DNA of 64,000 nucleotides. Source: Callorhinchus milii (taxonomy: Eukaryota). Position 1 is the stretch's first letter. Every line of letters starts with the position of its first letter. Where the stretch lies: the NCBI RefSeq assembly GCF_018977255.1, contig NW_024704743.1:46564001-46628000 (forward strand). The letters are read 5' to 3'. Positions 27,971 to 40,470 of this stretch are shown in pieces. The translations under genes were made by a program, and so were the position numbers. A model generated the notes under the pieces. It was not told the DNA's origin. It worked only from the letters and a program-made list of their open reading frames with translations, and searched no databases.

Positions 27971-28669
27971 TTAATAATAATAATCCTTGCATTTGATATA
28001 GCACCTTATCAGTTGCTTGGCAGAATATACTGTGAAGTGAATTGACTGTAAATTTTGTGGGTGAAACCTCTTTAAGTGTACAGAACTATGTTTAACAGCA
28101 ATTACCTAGGAACATTCAATACAGAATTGCTGTGTGCTTACTTGTTGCGGAGCTCTGACGCTCCTTGCCTACTTCATTGCAATGTGACAAGAGCAATGTA
28201 TTCACCAATGAATAGATAGTGGGAAAAGGGCATAGACAAATGCATTACTACAGAGTATCTGTCTGCCAAACCCCCTTTCCCAAGACTGCTGAATAACTAT
28301 CTTGTCACAGATTGTCAAGAAGCTGGTTCAATTATCGATTCTCTGCTCTTTCTCCTATGACAATCGAGGGTTATATTGTGAAAGCGTTGAAGACCTTTTT
28401 TTAGAGAATGCAAAAGGCTGAATCATTTGTGGCTTGTTCCTCTGGTTACTGTGCTGAATACATTTTGCTGTGCGATGGATATTAAAGAGGTAGAAAGTTC
28501 ACCTAATGTTAAAGAAATAAGGACAAAGATGATACATTCCAATGTTGTGTTTATCGTATAGTGAAGATAGTAAAGGGAATTGACAGAGAAGGAGAGACTC
28601 TTTCCTTTAGTTGTAGAATCCAGAACAAGAGGGTATATTTTAAAAATCAGAGCTAAACCTCTAAATAAT

Positions 28670-29005
28670 GATCATTACGTTTCATACAGCATTTTTCAGG
28701 TCTCAAAACACTCCACAGGATATCACTGTGAAGTGGAGTGACTATGTATTTATAGGCAAGCACAAAAGCCAATTTTCACACAGCAATGACCCACAAAGAG
28801 TCTTAAATTGAACGGCCAATTTTTTCTGGAAGATTATTAGCTGGAACACTGAGAGAAACATTCTTGTCTTCAAGTAGTACCATGGGATCTTTACCATCGA
28901 CTTGAACAGGCACACAGGACCTTGGTTTTAAATCTAATCTAAAGACGGTACCGCCAACAATGTAGTGCTCCCCAGCAATAGAGTGTCATCCTAGACTGTG
29001 AGTTC
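28670..29005 (-). mobile_element. Older DeuSINE
   Basis: Colinear with the other minus-strand copies (agccaattttcacacagcaatg, taccatgggatcttta). Confidence 0.7.
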
Positions 29006-29199
29006 AATGTCCCCCAATACTAAGACTTTGACATGACATGGAGCATTTTCGTGATTTCACCCGGGGGTGGGGGTCTGAAGTATTAAATTTTTTTAGGAAA
29101 TGTTAAAATAATAACTACATTACAAATCTAGAGGCTTTAACGTATATAAACATCGCACAGAGTATTTACTGAGCGTTTTCATAACAGATTCACAGTGAG

Positions 29200-30440
29200 G
29201 TGACTCCAAAGTCATTCTGGAGGCCAAAAACAACCCAAAGACACTGTTTTCCACCATCCATTACCTCCTCCGGCTTTCTTCCACTCCCCCTGAAAGCTGT
29301 TGTTATGACATCCCTCCCCAAAAAGCCACCATTGATCCCTCTAATCTCTCACACTACCATCCCATCTCCAACCTACCCTTCCTTGACAAAGTCCTGGAAT
29401 GCATTGTTGCAGGTCAACTTCGGTCACACCTCTCCCTCCACTCCCTCCTCGAGCCCCTGCAGTCTGGTTTTTGCCCTGCCCATAGCACAGAGACAGCGTT
29501 TGTCAAAGTCACAAACGCCATTCTCTCTATCTGACACCAGGGCTCCCTCCTTGATGTCTGCCTCGTCCTCCTGGATCTCTCTGCCCTGTTCAACACAGCC
29601 GACCACACCATCCTCCTCCATCGGCTCTCTTCCCTCATCTACCTTGGTAGGACTGAACTTGCATGGTTCGAGTCCCACTTAACCAACCGCCTCCATTTCA
29701 TCTGGGCAAATGCTATCTCCTCCCTCCCCTGCCCGGTCACCTGCGGGGTACCCCAGGGCTCCATCCTTGGCCCTCTTCTTTTCCTCATCTATATACTCCC
29801 TCTGGGCGATGTCATCCGCAGACACGGGGTAAACTTCCACATGTATGCAGATGACACACAAATCTACTTCCTCCAGTATCGACTCCAGGTCCGCTGATGT
29901 TCTATCACCTTGTCTGGCAGACATCCAGAACTAGATGAGTGTAAACCTCCTGCAGCTGAATGTGAATAAGATGGAAGCCATACTCCTTGGCTCCTATCAA
30001 CGCCTTCACTCCTGCGGACCTAAACTCCTCAACCTCCCTGGGCTCTCCCTCAGACTCACCGAACCAGTGTGCAATCTAGGTATCCGGTTTGACCTAGCTG
30101 TCCTTCCTCCCCCACAGCCAGTCCTGTCCAGGACTGCCTTCTTCCACCTCCACCACGTTACTCGCTTTCGACCGTACCTTACCCCAAATGCGGCCGAAAC
30201 CCTCGTGCATGGGTTTGTCATCTCCCGCCTGGATTACTTGAACGCACGCCTCGCTGGTCTCCCCAGCTCCACTATTCAAATGATCCAGCTCATTCAAAAA
30301 TCTGCCGCTCGCATACTGACCCGGTTAAACTTCATACCCACATCTCACCAGTTTTGGCCAGGCTCCACTGGCTCCCCATCACCAAACGGATCGACTTCAA
30401 GATCCTCACACTCGTGTTCAAATCCCTTCACTCTCTGGCA
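29200..30440 (+). mobile_element. L2 LINE ORF2 pseudogene fragment including the RT core
   Basis: [10 protein letters not shown] and HMYADDTQ motifs, then LQLNVNKMEAILLG...AETLVHGFVISRLDY; frameshifted. Confidence 0.92.
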
Positions 30441-30689
30441 GTGACATCACAGAGAGCTTACATTTAGTGTTGCCTTCAAATTAACAATTAAAGGTGGGAC
30501 TTTATTTTAGCTCTGATCTTTAAACATGATAAAAAACAGCTCATAATTAAAATAAATACTTTGGTCTTCGGTGGGGTCTCGGCCCCCCAGATCCACCCCT
30601 TTAACAATGCTACCAACTGAGCAAGGCAGACATTACGAGTAGTGGAATCAGAAGACTTTCCTTTATTTAAAGAGTTTGGGATTGTGGAA

Positions 30690-30850
30690 TTTACTTCCTC
30701 ACTGTTTGAGGGGGAATGTTTAAAAGGGAAGTAGATAAATACTTGGCTGGTAAGAATATCAGAGGGTATGGAGGAAAGGCAGATAAATGGTGTTGAGATA
30801 CAGATCAGCTTTGATCTAAGAAAATCACAGAGACGCCTAACTCCTATTCT
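30690..30850 (+). mobile_element. Old CR1 3' fragment
   Basis: gtggaatttacttcc...agataaatacttg...gggtatggaggaaaggcag...agatcagc, parallel to 59070-59230. Confidence 0.55.
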
Positions 30851-33651
30851 TAAAGATTGTTTGATGTACAACTATTTCCCCTGGTAAGTGTATCTAATGG
30901 TCTACTGTTTTGAAGATCTGCTGGGACAAATGTAACAAATGGGAGTTTGCATTTATGCCTTTTGAATGTTACTTGAATATAGATACAATCCGCACAAATA
31001 TTTAAATTTTACTGTGATGATACATAGATAATAATATTAATAAAATCTGCAGCATAACAGGGTGGTTATCCTCAGATCCTTAATTGCACTGTGCGTGCTT
31101 TGGATCTTGGGGATCTCGGATCTTGACATGTATCCTAAATACTTAAGAAAATGGTTAACTTGTAACAATAACTTGTGGATCCACATTGGGTCAGATGCTA
31201 CTGTTAGTAATGTTACTGTTCAAACTATGTTATAAATCTGACTGAACAGTACAATTAGATCGGACATTTCTCAGTCAGAGTTTCCCCTGAATTTAGAGAG
31301 CTGATTCTTGGCAATACCCGGAACTGTCTCTAGTCTAGACGTGTATTTATATACACTGGTCTGAATTGGACAACACAGACGCTCGGAGACACTTCAGTCT
31401 GTTAAATCCGTTAAATTAGTTAATATAAAGACCTTGCAAGGGAAGCTATTAATTCACAAGTGTGTAATTTTCCATATGTTTCCTGTACAAATATCCTTAT
31501 AGAAGCAATGAGATAATGGCTTTCTCCACATGAGAATAACATGGATCCTAATGTTTTAATCAGAATTGAGAAAACGGTCCTGGAAGATTTCTATCCAGTT
31601 TGTTGATCATCCTGCTGTAAAACATATATTTTCACAATAAGAAAGCACAAAAATGAAAGGAAAGTCATATGCATTTCTGACTAAGATGTAGGAATGCAAA
31701 CTGAGAATAATCTAATATTATTTACTCCAATATGCAATAGTGCCAATTATAAGCATAGTAAGGTATTGTTACCCCCATTAATAAGAAATCGTAGGCTAAT
31801 AAACGAGTGAGACAATGGCTTCTGTTGGCTTCATTCAGTTGTATCAATGGGTCTCCTACAGAATGAATTGAGGACACTACACTCCATTACAGTATTTGGG
31901 GACTTTAGTTACAATCCAGCCTCAGTTGTGATTTCTAATTAAATCTGGCAAGCATCCAGACACAGATTGAAATGTCACTGGCCATTGCAGATTCCTTCGT
32001 GATGATGTGGATCACCCTGTATTGGACAATCCATGCAGTGACATGGACCGCCACTGGCTGGCTTAGAGGCCTAGTTGCCCATATTTGAAGTAGAAAAAAT
32101 GCTAATAATTCTTTAGTGTGCGCATGTGTTTGTGTGAATGTGCACCTTTATGTGTTAGGGAGTAAATGTGTGTGTGTTTGTGCCTATGTTAATGAATGTA
32201 CATGTATGTGCATGTGTAAAAGTGAATATATGTGTGGATTTGTGAGCGAGCAATGGTTATACAAAGAGAATTTGATATTGCGTGCACTTGGCCTGATAGC
32301 TGGCAAATGAAGTTCAATAAAGATAAATGTAAGGACGTATTCAGAAAGAATCGAAGGAAGCCAAAACACCGCATAATGCTTTGTAGTGTGAACAGGTTTA
32401 TGTGAACCAGCTTGTTCTTTATGAATAATACAATGGTGGAGAAATTTTAGACAACCATTCAAAGTAAAAGTGGTAAGCAGAGAAATGCATATCTGATCCA
32501 ATTTAGTTGTCTTTCATGCACTACAAAATGATATAGGCCTAGGTGACCAACATGATACATTATGTGTAGTTAACAGCTATCGTATCTTATCCAGTGATCC
32601 TACACATTGGGACTCCTGTGTTAACTGTTAAACCTATCTTTGGGTTTGCCTGCGCAGGCACTAGCACAATGACGTGGATTTAGTGATAACTGTGTTACTG
32701 GAATTGGCCATCAATTGCTCTTAAATCAGGGCTCAAAAAAGCTACCCCTCGTGAATTCCTGAGACCCTATTTCCCTGGGTCCTCCTTCCCCGCAACCAAC
32801 TGGCTGCTTATGCCCACTCCACCCCACCATCAAGATTTGCATTGGTGGTTACTGCGTTAGTATGCAAATTGTTGTTGTTGTAAATCCGAGACCATAAATA
32901 TAATGAGTGTTCCCCTCAGACATGACAGAAAAGAGAGGTTTCAGCAAGCTAGCATCAATCGTCATATTAAGGATTAGTGCGCTTTTCTATATCTATCCAA
33001 ATGCAGGGAATATATTCAGCATATAATCCAGCAGCAGATAAAATTTCAGACTCGAGCATGCACCACATGGAAGGGAATTCCAGAGGTGGTCATTATTTCT
33101 TGATTTCTGGGCCCAAACCTACTTGACAGGCCATCAGCTATGTCAATCCTATCGTGCCAACTGCATTCAAAGCATTCAACAAAGAAAGCAGCATTATAAA
33201 AACTCATGAATAGGTCCAGTGATTTGAATGAACTTGAACACAGAGCAATCCCAGTTATAAAGATGCAGCCTGATGGAAACGGCTTGCTCAAAGGTGCTGG
33301 GTTTATTTTTGGTGTTGTACATCTGAAGACACCAACAGATAAGGGGTTTATCCAGCAAGACAGGTGGGTAACCTTCAATTGCTCTGGTGGAAGAGTGGGG
33401 GAAACCCTTATCTTTTTAATATTTTCAGGAATTCAGTCACGGGTGTAGGATAATGTAATTCTTGTATTCCTTAGAAAATGTTTTGAAGCTCGAGTAGTGT
33501 GGAAGGCTCTTGGCGCACAGTATGAAGAGACTCGGAGTATCTGCTTTAACAAGATATACTTCAAAAGAAATCTAACACACACACACGAGTACTTCTGCTG
33601 ATAGAATCGTTTCTCTGTTGCTAACATGGCCTTGGCTTTTTGCCTCCGCAG

Positions 33652-33758
33652 CCCCCAATGAGCCTTTGCTGTGCAAATTTGCCGATGGAGGGCAGAAGAA
33701 AAGACAGAATCAAAGCAAATATACACAGAACGGAAGGCCGTGGCCCAGAGAAGGAGAG
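33652..33758 (+). CDS. RBMS3: RBMS3 coding exon (107 nt, end of RRM2; about exon 7 by recalled human structure)
   Basis: Branch-like ctaac (33621-33625), pyrimidine tract and cag acceptor, donor GAG|gtgagc. Translates (A)[35 protein letters not shown]. This matches the recalled RBMS3 sequence better than RBMS1 (NPNKYIPNGRPWHREGE). Phase 1 in, phase 0 out. Confidence 0.95.
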
Positions 33759-34117
33759 GTGAGCTATTCTGTACGTCTGAAGTTCTGAAAGAGAAAGAGA
33801 TTGTCACATTAGTGACAAAAGCGATCTGTAATGAGCCTGTGAAGCCTTTTTTGTTTTGTGGAAAGGTTTCTAACCTTTCTGTGTGCAGTTACATGTTTGG
33901 AAATAAGCATTTTTCTTAAGCTTTTTTTCTACAGCCTGACAATGGAGGGTTTGACACAGCAGCTATTTGAAAGAGTTGTAGTTCTTAATCAGGTTATTGG
34001 TTGAACAGCTAACACAATGAATTACACAATTCACCCCCAACACCACTGTCAGTGTGCCAATGGTTCCTTTTTAAATGATCGTGGTGCATTCTCTTTCACC
34101 CTGCTCTCTGATCAGGC

Positions 34118-34470
34118 AACTTGGGCTCTTTAGTCTTGAAAGGAGATATTCAGAGAGGGATCATATAGTGTACAAAATATTAAATAGAATTATAACAGTA
34201 AACAATACTTAGGATGCAGCAAAACAACAGAACAAGAGGACATAGGTTTAGAATTGCAAAGGACAATTTCATGACAGTTACCAGGAATTTTTTTCTTTAC
34301 TCAGAGGATTATTAGCAACTGGGACAGGTTGCCAGGAAGGGTGGTTGAAGCCATGACCTTGGACCCATTTAAAAACCAGCTTGATACTGTGATGGGAGGA
34401 TGGTAGGGTGGGTCTTTTAAAGGATGAGATCAGATAGGCTGAAGGACCTTCCTCATTCAAACTAATCTTT
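34118..34470 (+). mobile_element. Old CR1 3' fragment
   Basis: LGLFSLERR...aacaagaggacatagg...ttctttactcagagg...tgggacaggttgcca. Confidence 0.7.
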
Positions 34471-34689
34471 GTGATTTTGGAACCTTCTCTGAGTGAAAAC
34501 ACTCCAAGATGCTACCCTGTGTGAAGGACTTTATATAAAAGTTTGTTATTGCTGTTGTTCCTCTCTTGGTCACAGTAAAGTCCCCAACCAACACAGCACA
34601 AGGATATACAGACTGCAAACCTGTCTTATGCTTATCTCCACCAGCGATTGAAGCTCCATTAGTGGTGGGGTGGGACTAATTGCAGTCAA

Positions 34690-35100
34690 ATAGATTGGTT
34701 TTTAGATGGAATTTGAAAACAGAGGAAGGGGGCATAGTGGAGGGATTTCAGGAGAGAGTTCCAGAGAGGAGGGGTGAAGTGGCTGAAAGCTTGGTGGGGT
34801 GGAATGGAATTAAGTTGGAGGGGAAGGAGTGTCCATGGAGGTAGGGTGTCAGGAAATCACAGAGTAGGCTGAAGCAAGGCCATGGAGGCATTTGGTGTAA
34901 GGATGAGGATCTTGGAGGTATTCTGTTGGGGGTCGGGGAGTCAGTGGAGCCAGGGAGGCTGGGGGTGATTGACCCATGTAATCTAGTGGTGGGAGGATGC
35001 AGGCTGTAGAGATCTGTATGATGTGGGGTTTGTGGAGGATGGAGCTAAAGAGACTGGCGAGCAGAAGTCAAGTGTAGTGGTGACAAAGGGGTGGAGAAAG
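34690..35100 (-). mobile_element. Degenerate L2 fragment
   Basis: gagttccagag..ggctgaaag, gcaaggccatggagg, gatgaggatcttg, agtcagtggagcc in L2 order. Confidence 0.65.
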
Positions 35101-36455
35101 ACAGGTAGAAAATGATTTTGCGGTGACTTTATACTCACTCTCAGGAAGGAGATTGAGAGGAAAGTATTTTAGTATCAGCACCAGACAGCATTTCAGGACC
35201 ATTATTAGTTCAGGATGCTACAGCATTTAGATGGCAGCCAGATAAATGAATTATATGGATGGCTCTGCTTTTTGGTGGCTGAGTTCTAAATGAAGTAAGT
35301 TTCAAGGTCACAAGCCTGAACTGCAAAGCCATTGTCCAAATAAATAAGTGGGAGCATGATTTTTTTAAAGTGTCCAGCCCTTTCACTGATACCTACATGC
35401 ATCCAATCTTAAACAGCAATGGGATCTGAATTACAGGATTACCAAAGGGATCCTCTCAGAGATGTTGGTATCCTGCTGGGCACTGGGGCTGCAATCCAGA
35501 AACTGAAATTGAGAGTGCAGTCTGAGGAAATTCCAGAGAGACACATCTGGATATGCGTAGGATTCACTATTTACAATTTTGCGAATCTTGTAAATTAGGC
35601 CCATTGTATACATAATGCTGGCAACCATCCACTGGGACAATATCACTTCACTGTGCTCCATCCAGTGGAGATTGTCCGTCAGTGCACCACTTGGTTGGCT
35701 GTTCATTGCTGTCCGTTACAGCAATTCATTACTGTCTGTGCTGCTCTGTAAATGCCTTATTTGAATGTGTGAGAATGGTCTGCTGATGGAGGGTTTCGAT
35801 CACATAATAATATTGGGGGAATGGTTAGTGATGTGTTTATAACTATCACACGTTTGAGAGTCCAACACAGGAATGAGTGGTGGGCCAAATACCACTTCTC
35901 CACATTTCTGTGGTGGCAATTTCTATGATTCTTTGAAGAGCTTGTTGTCACTGGGAAAAGTACAATGGAATATAATTTGTGTTTTTTTTAACAGGATTCT
36001 TTAATAAGGGCTCTGAGTTAGAAATAGAGAACTCTGGCAGTAAGTGGAAGTGCATCCCTCCATGATTTACGTCCGGTGTTCTGGCTACCAGCGGGATTCC
36101 CTATATGCAATTTAGAATCATTATTGGGGAATTATGTTCTGAAACACCGTAAAATAGACCCTGATATCTGCTCTGAAAACATTCCAACATGCAGCAGCAT
36201 GGTGAAAGTGAAATAGCTATTGATATTTCCGTTGTGCTCTGGCTTTATATCATTCCTGTGCATAAGCGTTACAGAGGTGCTGGAGCCAATTTAATGAGGT
36301 GCGTGCTCCAGGCCAGCAGTCCAGGGGTGCAACATCTTATCACCCAGGTTCCATCGGATGTCCAAGTCTCATTCGGACCGCTTATCAATGATCACATTGG
36401 ACTGTCGGGGCAAATCTAAAGAGATTTGAATGCTGGATCAAAGTGTGAGAGAATT

Positions 36456-36459
<4 letters not shown>

Positions 36460-36493
<34 letters not shown>
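36460..36493. repeat. (GA)n microsatellite
   Basis: Direct reading. Confidence 0.95.
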
Positions 36494-36494
<1 letters not shown>

Positions 36495-37479
36495 CTGACC
36501 AAAACAAACCAAAGGCAGCAGTGGTGCTGATATCCCACATGGTCAGGTTTCTGTCTGGTGAGTGGATAGTCTATGTGCAGGAGTTACAGAATGGGTGACT
36601 GGACAGAGCGAGAGTAAAACAAAAATGTTGCAAAGCAAGCTTTTTTTTTGAAAATGACTCCCATTGTGTTTATGAAGCCTCCATTATTATAATAATAATA
36701 ATAATAATAAACTTTCTGTTTCTTGCAAACTACAGCAGCTGCTTTAAATGGATCTCACCAATTGATGTAAATCTAATCTAAGAGCAATGAGATTACAATA
36801 CATCTAGAATATTTTTCTGAAGGGATTCAATGACAGGATACAAAATGCACTTCAAATGTCTTGTGAGATTGCATTCACAACACAGCTGGAAACAGCATGT
36901 CAGTTTCTCACTGTGAGCTAGGAATGACATGCAGATCCACAAGGTCTCTGAATGAAGCGGAGCTCCAAAGCACAATAAACATCGCTTCCAGCCATCCAGC
37001 AACCTTGCAGAGGTCAATGCTCTTCCCATTCAAAGGAGCTGCAAAGATTTTCCACTCAGGAAGAAGCCATTTGCTCTTGAATATTTGGCACTGTTTCGAT
37101 GAGCATTCTTTTTCCTTTCCCTTATGCACCCCTCACAGGATATTTACCACAAACTGTGAATGACACAGCCTCATTCATTGGATTGAGAACCCACGCAGAA
37201 ACCGAGTAAAGGTTTCAATTAGAATCTCCCTGTTTTAAGTAATAGAACCTTGATTTTTATGGTACTCCTCTGATCAGTCATAGTTTCCTAAATTATTTTG
37301 ATGTTTCTCACACTGGCTTGAATCACTTTCAAATGAAGTTACAAACATCACCAATAAGCTGGTTATTGAAACCACTGAGGAGCAGCTTTTCTTCATGGCT
37401 TAGCAGGTTTATCCAGTTGAGCCAAAGGGCACCTTGAAAGTCCCGTTAGATCCATGCTCTGTGCAGAGACATCTGATCT

Positions 37480-37725
37480 TACATTTGATGTAACGTCCTA
37501 CCATGTAGTTGAGATGTCTCAAAGCAAGTCACAAGATTTACTGTAAAGTGTAATGACTGTGTATTTTGTAGGCAAATGCGACAGCCAATTAGTGTGCAGT
37601 AGTGTCCCACAAAAAAGCCTTGAAGTGAATGACGAATTCCTTCATTTTTCAAATAGTGCCATAGGATCTTTAACGTCCACCTGAACAAACAAACAGACAG
37701 GCCCCGGTTTAATATCTTGTCCAAA
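37480..37725 (-). mobile_element. DeuSINE fragment
   Basis: gacagccaattagtgtgcagtagtgtcccacaa...aatagtgccataggatctttaacgtccacctgaac. Confidence 0.75.
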
Positions 37726-38099
37726 GAAGAGCAGGAGTTGGGGCCATGTTTCCCTGAAGTTAGGGAGGAGATATTGTGGCTCCTGATCTTTAGTGAGTGA
37801 CCCCTGCTGGAGGTCTGCTTGTGCTGATATTGAGTGAGAACAAGATAACGCTCAGCTCTATGGCCACCAGAATACAATGTCAACATTCACCACCAAGGTT
37901 CACATGTGAATGGCCACCAGGTAGAAGAAGATGACATCTCCTTTGCAACCATATTACAATAGTAGGAAAAAAGTCCAATCACCAACAAGGGAAGGGGAGA
38001 GAATATTGCCTACAGCTCCCCGATTTTACATTAAGCGATTAACGCAAATTTTATGTAATGCAGAAAATGACCACTTGGTTGTTAAGCGGCATTTGAACA

Positions 38100-38560
38100 C
38101 TATTTATATAGTGCCTGTCACAGCAGGAGGACTTCTGAAAAAGCTTCACTCAATTGACTAGGAGCCTGAGCTGAGGGGAAAGGGAGGGGAAGGAGCTGAG
38201 GAGGAGGAGTAAGATCGCCCAAAGTGCAATGGAAAAAATGGGTCTTCAGGTGGGTTTTGACAGTGGGCATGGAGGGGCAAGGTAGAGGTACTCTGGGTTG
38301 GAGTTCCAGAGAGCGGGGACAGAGTGGCTGAAAGCTCGCTGATTGTGCAGTGGGGGGATTGGGCAGGGGGCAAGAAGCAGTAACAAAAGATTGCAGAGGC
38401 AAAGTGGGGGCGAGGCCATGGAGGGATTTTAAAGTGAGTACAGGATCTTGAATCTGCCCATGCTGTGGGGATGGGGGTAATGGGCTTGTGGAGCCTGGTG
38501 TGAGAAAAGAGTTCTGAATAGTCTGCAACTTGTGTAGGGAGGAATAGGGGAGTCTGGTGT
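38100..38560 (-). mobile_element. Degenerate L2 3' fragment
   Basis: ORF remnant LTLKSLHGLAP...KTHLKTHFF. Confidence 0.75.
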
Positions 38561-40112
38561 CTGACAGTATTTACGTCCATTTACAATTGAAATCTTTACC
38601 ATTGGTGGAGGAAACTTGGCAATCGTAACAATTTGTGGATATGCAAAAATAATCTTTTGCATGCTGCAAATCTTGAATAATTATTCGGCATACTCGCTAT
38701 TCACAAAATAGTTGCATTATTTGTCTAGAAAAACAATCGCGACCTACACTTGACAATAATTAGTGAGGCACTTTGAGGTGTTTCAAGGTGCTGTAATGCA
38801 TGTTCTTTATTTCCTTCTTTCTGTCACTTATTACAAAAAAAAGCGAAACTGTTTCCCCTACAAAATGTATAGTAATTACACTTTACAGTATATCCTGTGA
38901 AGCGTTTTTAGACATCTCTACGATTGGATAAAACAATATATGAAACTCAAAGATTATTTATTATTACCACAAACATTCTAAAGCAGTTCTGAATACTACT
39001 GTCAGGAGTCTGCTAACCATTCACATGCTAAAAGAGATGAACCATCTTACTGAATGCACATAGTGTACATGATGAAAATTCAGCATTTCAGTGGAGCAGA
39101 AAGTATTCTGTTTGAAATGGCACAAGTCAAGATATCCTTGATGTGAATATATCACTGTCAGCCCCAGGGTAAAAGAGGCCACACATTAGTGGGCATTTCT
39201 GAAACCATTGCAGCTCTAAAAGGAGGCTGAGTGGCCACCAGGCTGAAGGAGCAATCTGCATGGAGCCAGGATCGAAAACCACCACCAAGAATAAGAAGAC
39301 ACAGGGGACCTAAGGCAGAAGAATAAATCTCTCTTTATTATTTCAACAACTGGAACACCAGAACAGGTAAATAAAATATCAATATTGAGCAGTCAACTGA
39401 TGCAGAATTAATTGATGTTATCTCCACTACAATCTTAGTAACTTGTATTGACTAGATTAAGTGCAGGAACAAATGAAAGCAACTGCGAGATTTAGGAACA
39501 AAAGATAAAAAGTGATCTTAAACTATAGAGACATCAATGTTCATGATAGTGAAATGTGTTCATCGAACTGAAATGTGTTTATTTATTCTGTTTTACAGAT
39601 GTATAAACAACTGGCTGTTGAGCTTTGAGAAAAATCCATCCATCACATGGTGTTACCTTGGGTGGTACTCTGGAAACTGGAGAGAGCTTCTCAACTAAGA
39701 CAAAGGAAAAATAGATACTGATCCACTGATTGTCACAGTAAAGGCTTTGAATGGTGCAGAAGCTCTGAGTGGATACCTTGTGTAGCAACAAATTCCACCT
39801 AGTTGTCAACTTAAAATTTCTAACTTCAATTTTAATTTGTAAGATGGTTTGTTTCTAACACCTACGGGAAACCGACATCCAAATCAAGACTTAATTTTCC
39901 ACAATTCTGAACCATTTTAAGACAAAACAGCCATACAGACCAGGACTTTTTCAATTCCAGGCCTATTGAGGTGATGCACCAGTGTGGCGAGCAGTTTGAT
40001 CAGAAAATCCATCTATAATGCTGCCTCTGCCCAGCCCAACCATATAAGATTATGTAAATCTACCATGCACTGTATGTCTAGCTGTTTCAGAACTGAATCA
40101 CGGTATGAACAT

Positions 40113-40470
40113 TGTCGACTTCCAAGATCCTCACTCTCGTGTTCAAATCCGTTCACTCTCTGGCACCTCCCTACCTCTTCAACCTTCTCACTCCCCAATC
40201 CACCACCTGACGCCTCCACTCAACGGGCACCGGTTTCCTATTCATCCCTTGCACCCTCTGCCCCACCATCAGAGGTCGCGCTTTCAACCACTATGCCCCA
40301 AACTCTAGAACACTCTCCCTCAATCACTCCGCCTTGGCCCCCTCTCTCCCCTTTTTCAAGTCCCGCCTGAAAACCTTCCTCTTCGACTGTGCTTATGGTC
40401 ACCTTCCCCACACCCCCATCTCAGAGTCAGCCTCTGCCACTCTTAAGTGCTCTGAGATGCTACCCTGCGT
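40113..40470 (+). mobile_element. L2 3' fragment
   Basis: Close to 9848-10195; FFKSRLKTFLFDCAY. Confidence 0.88.

Noticed and set aside
1..33600. Upstream RBMS3 exon (recalled as MESTEKCE...FNGK) and other protein-coding genes
   Set aside because: I could not find a matching exon by eye. The short ORFs here are TE-derived or lack recognisable homology and splice context. The next downstream exon was likewise not seen after 52403.
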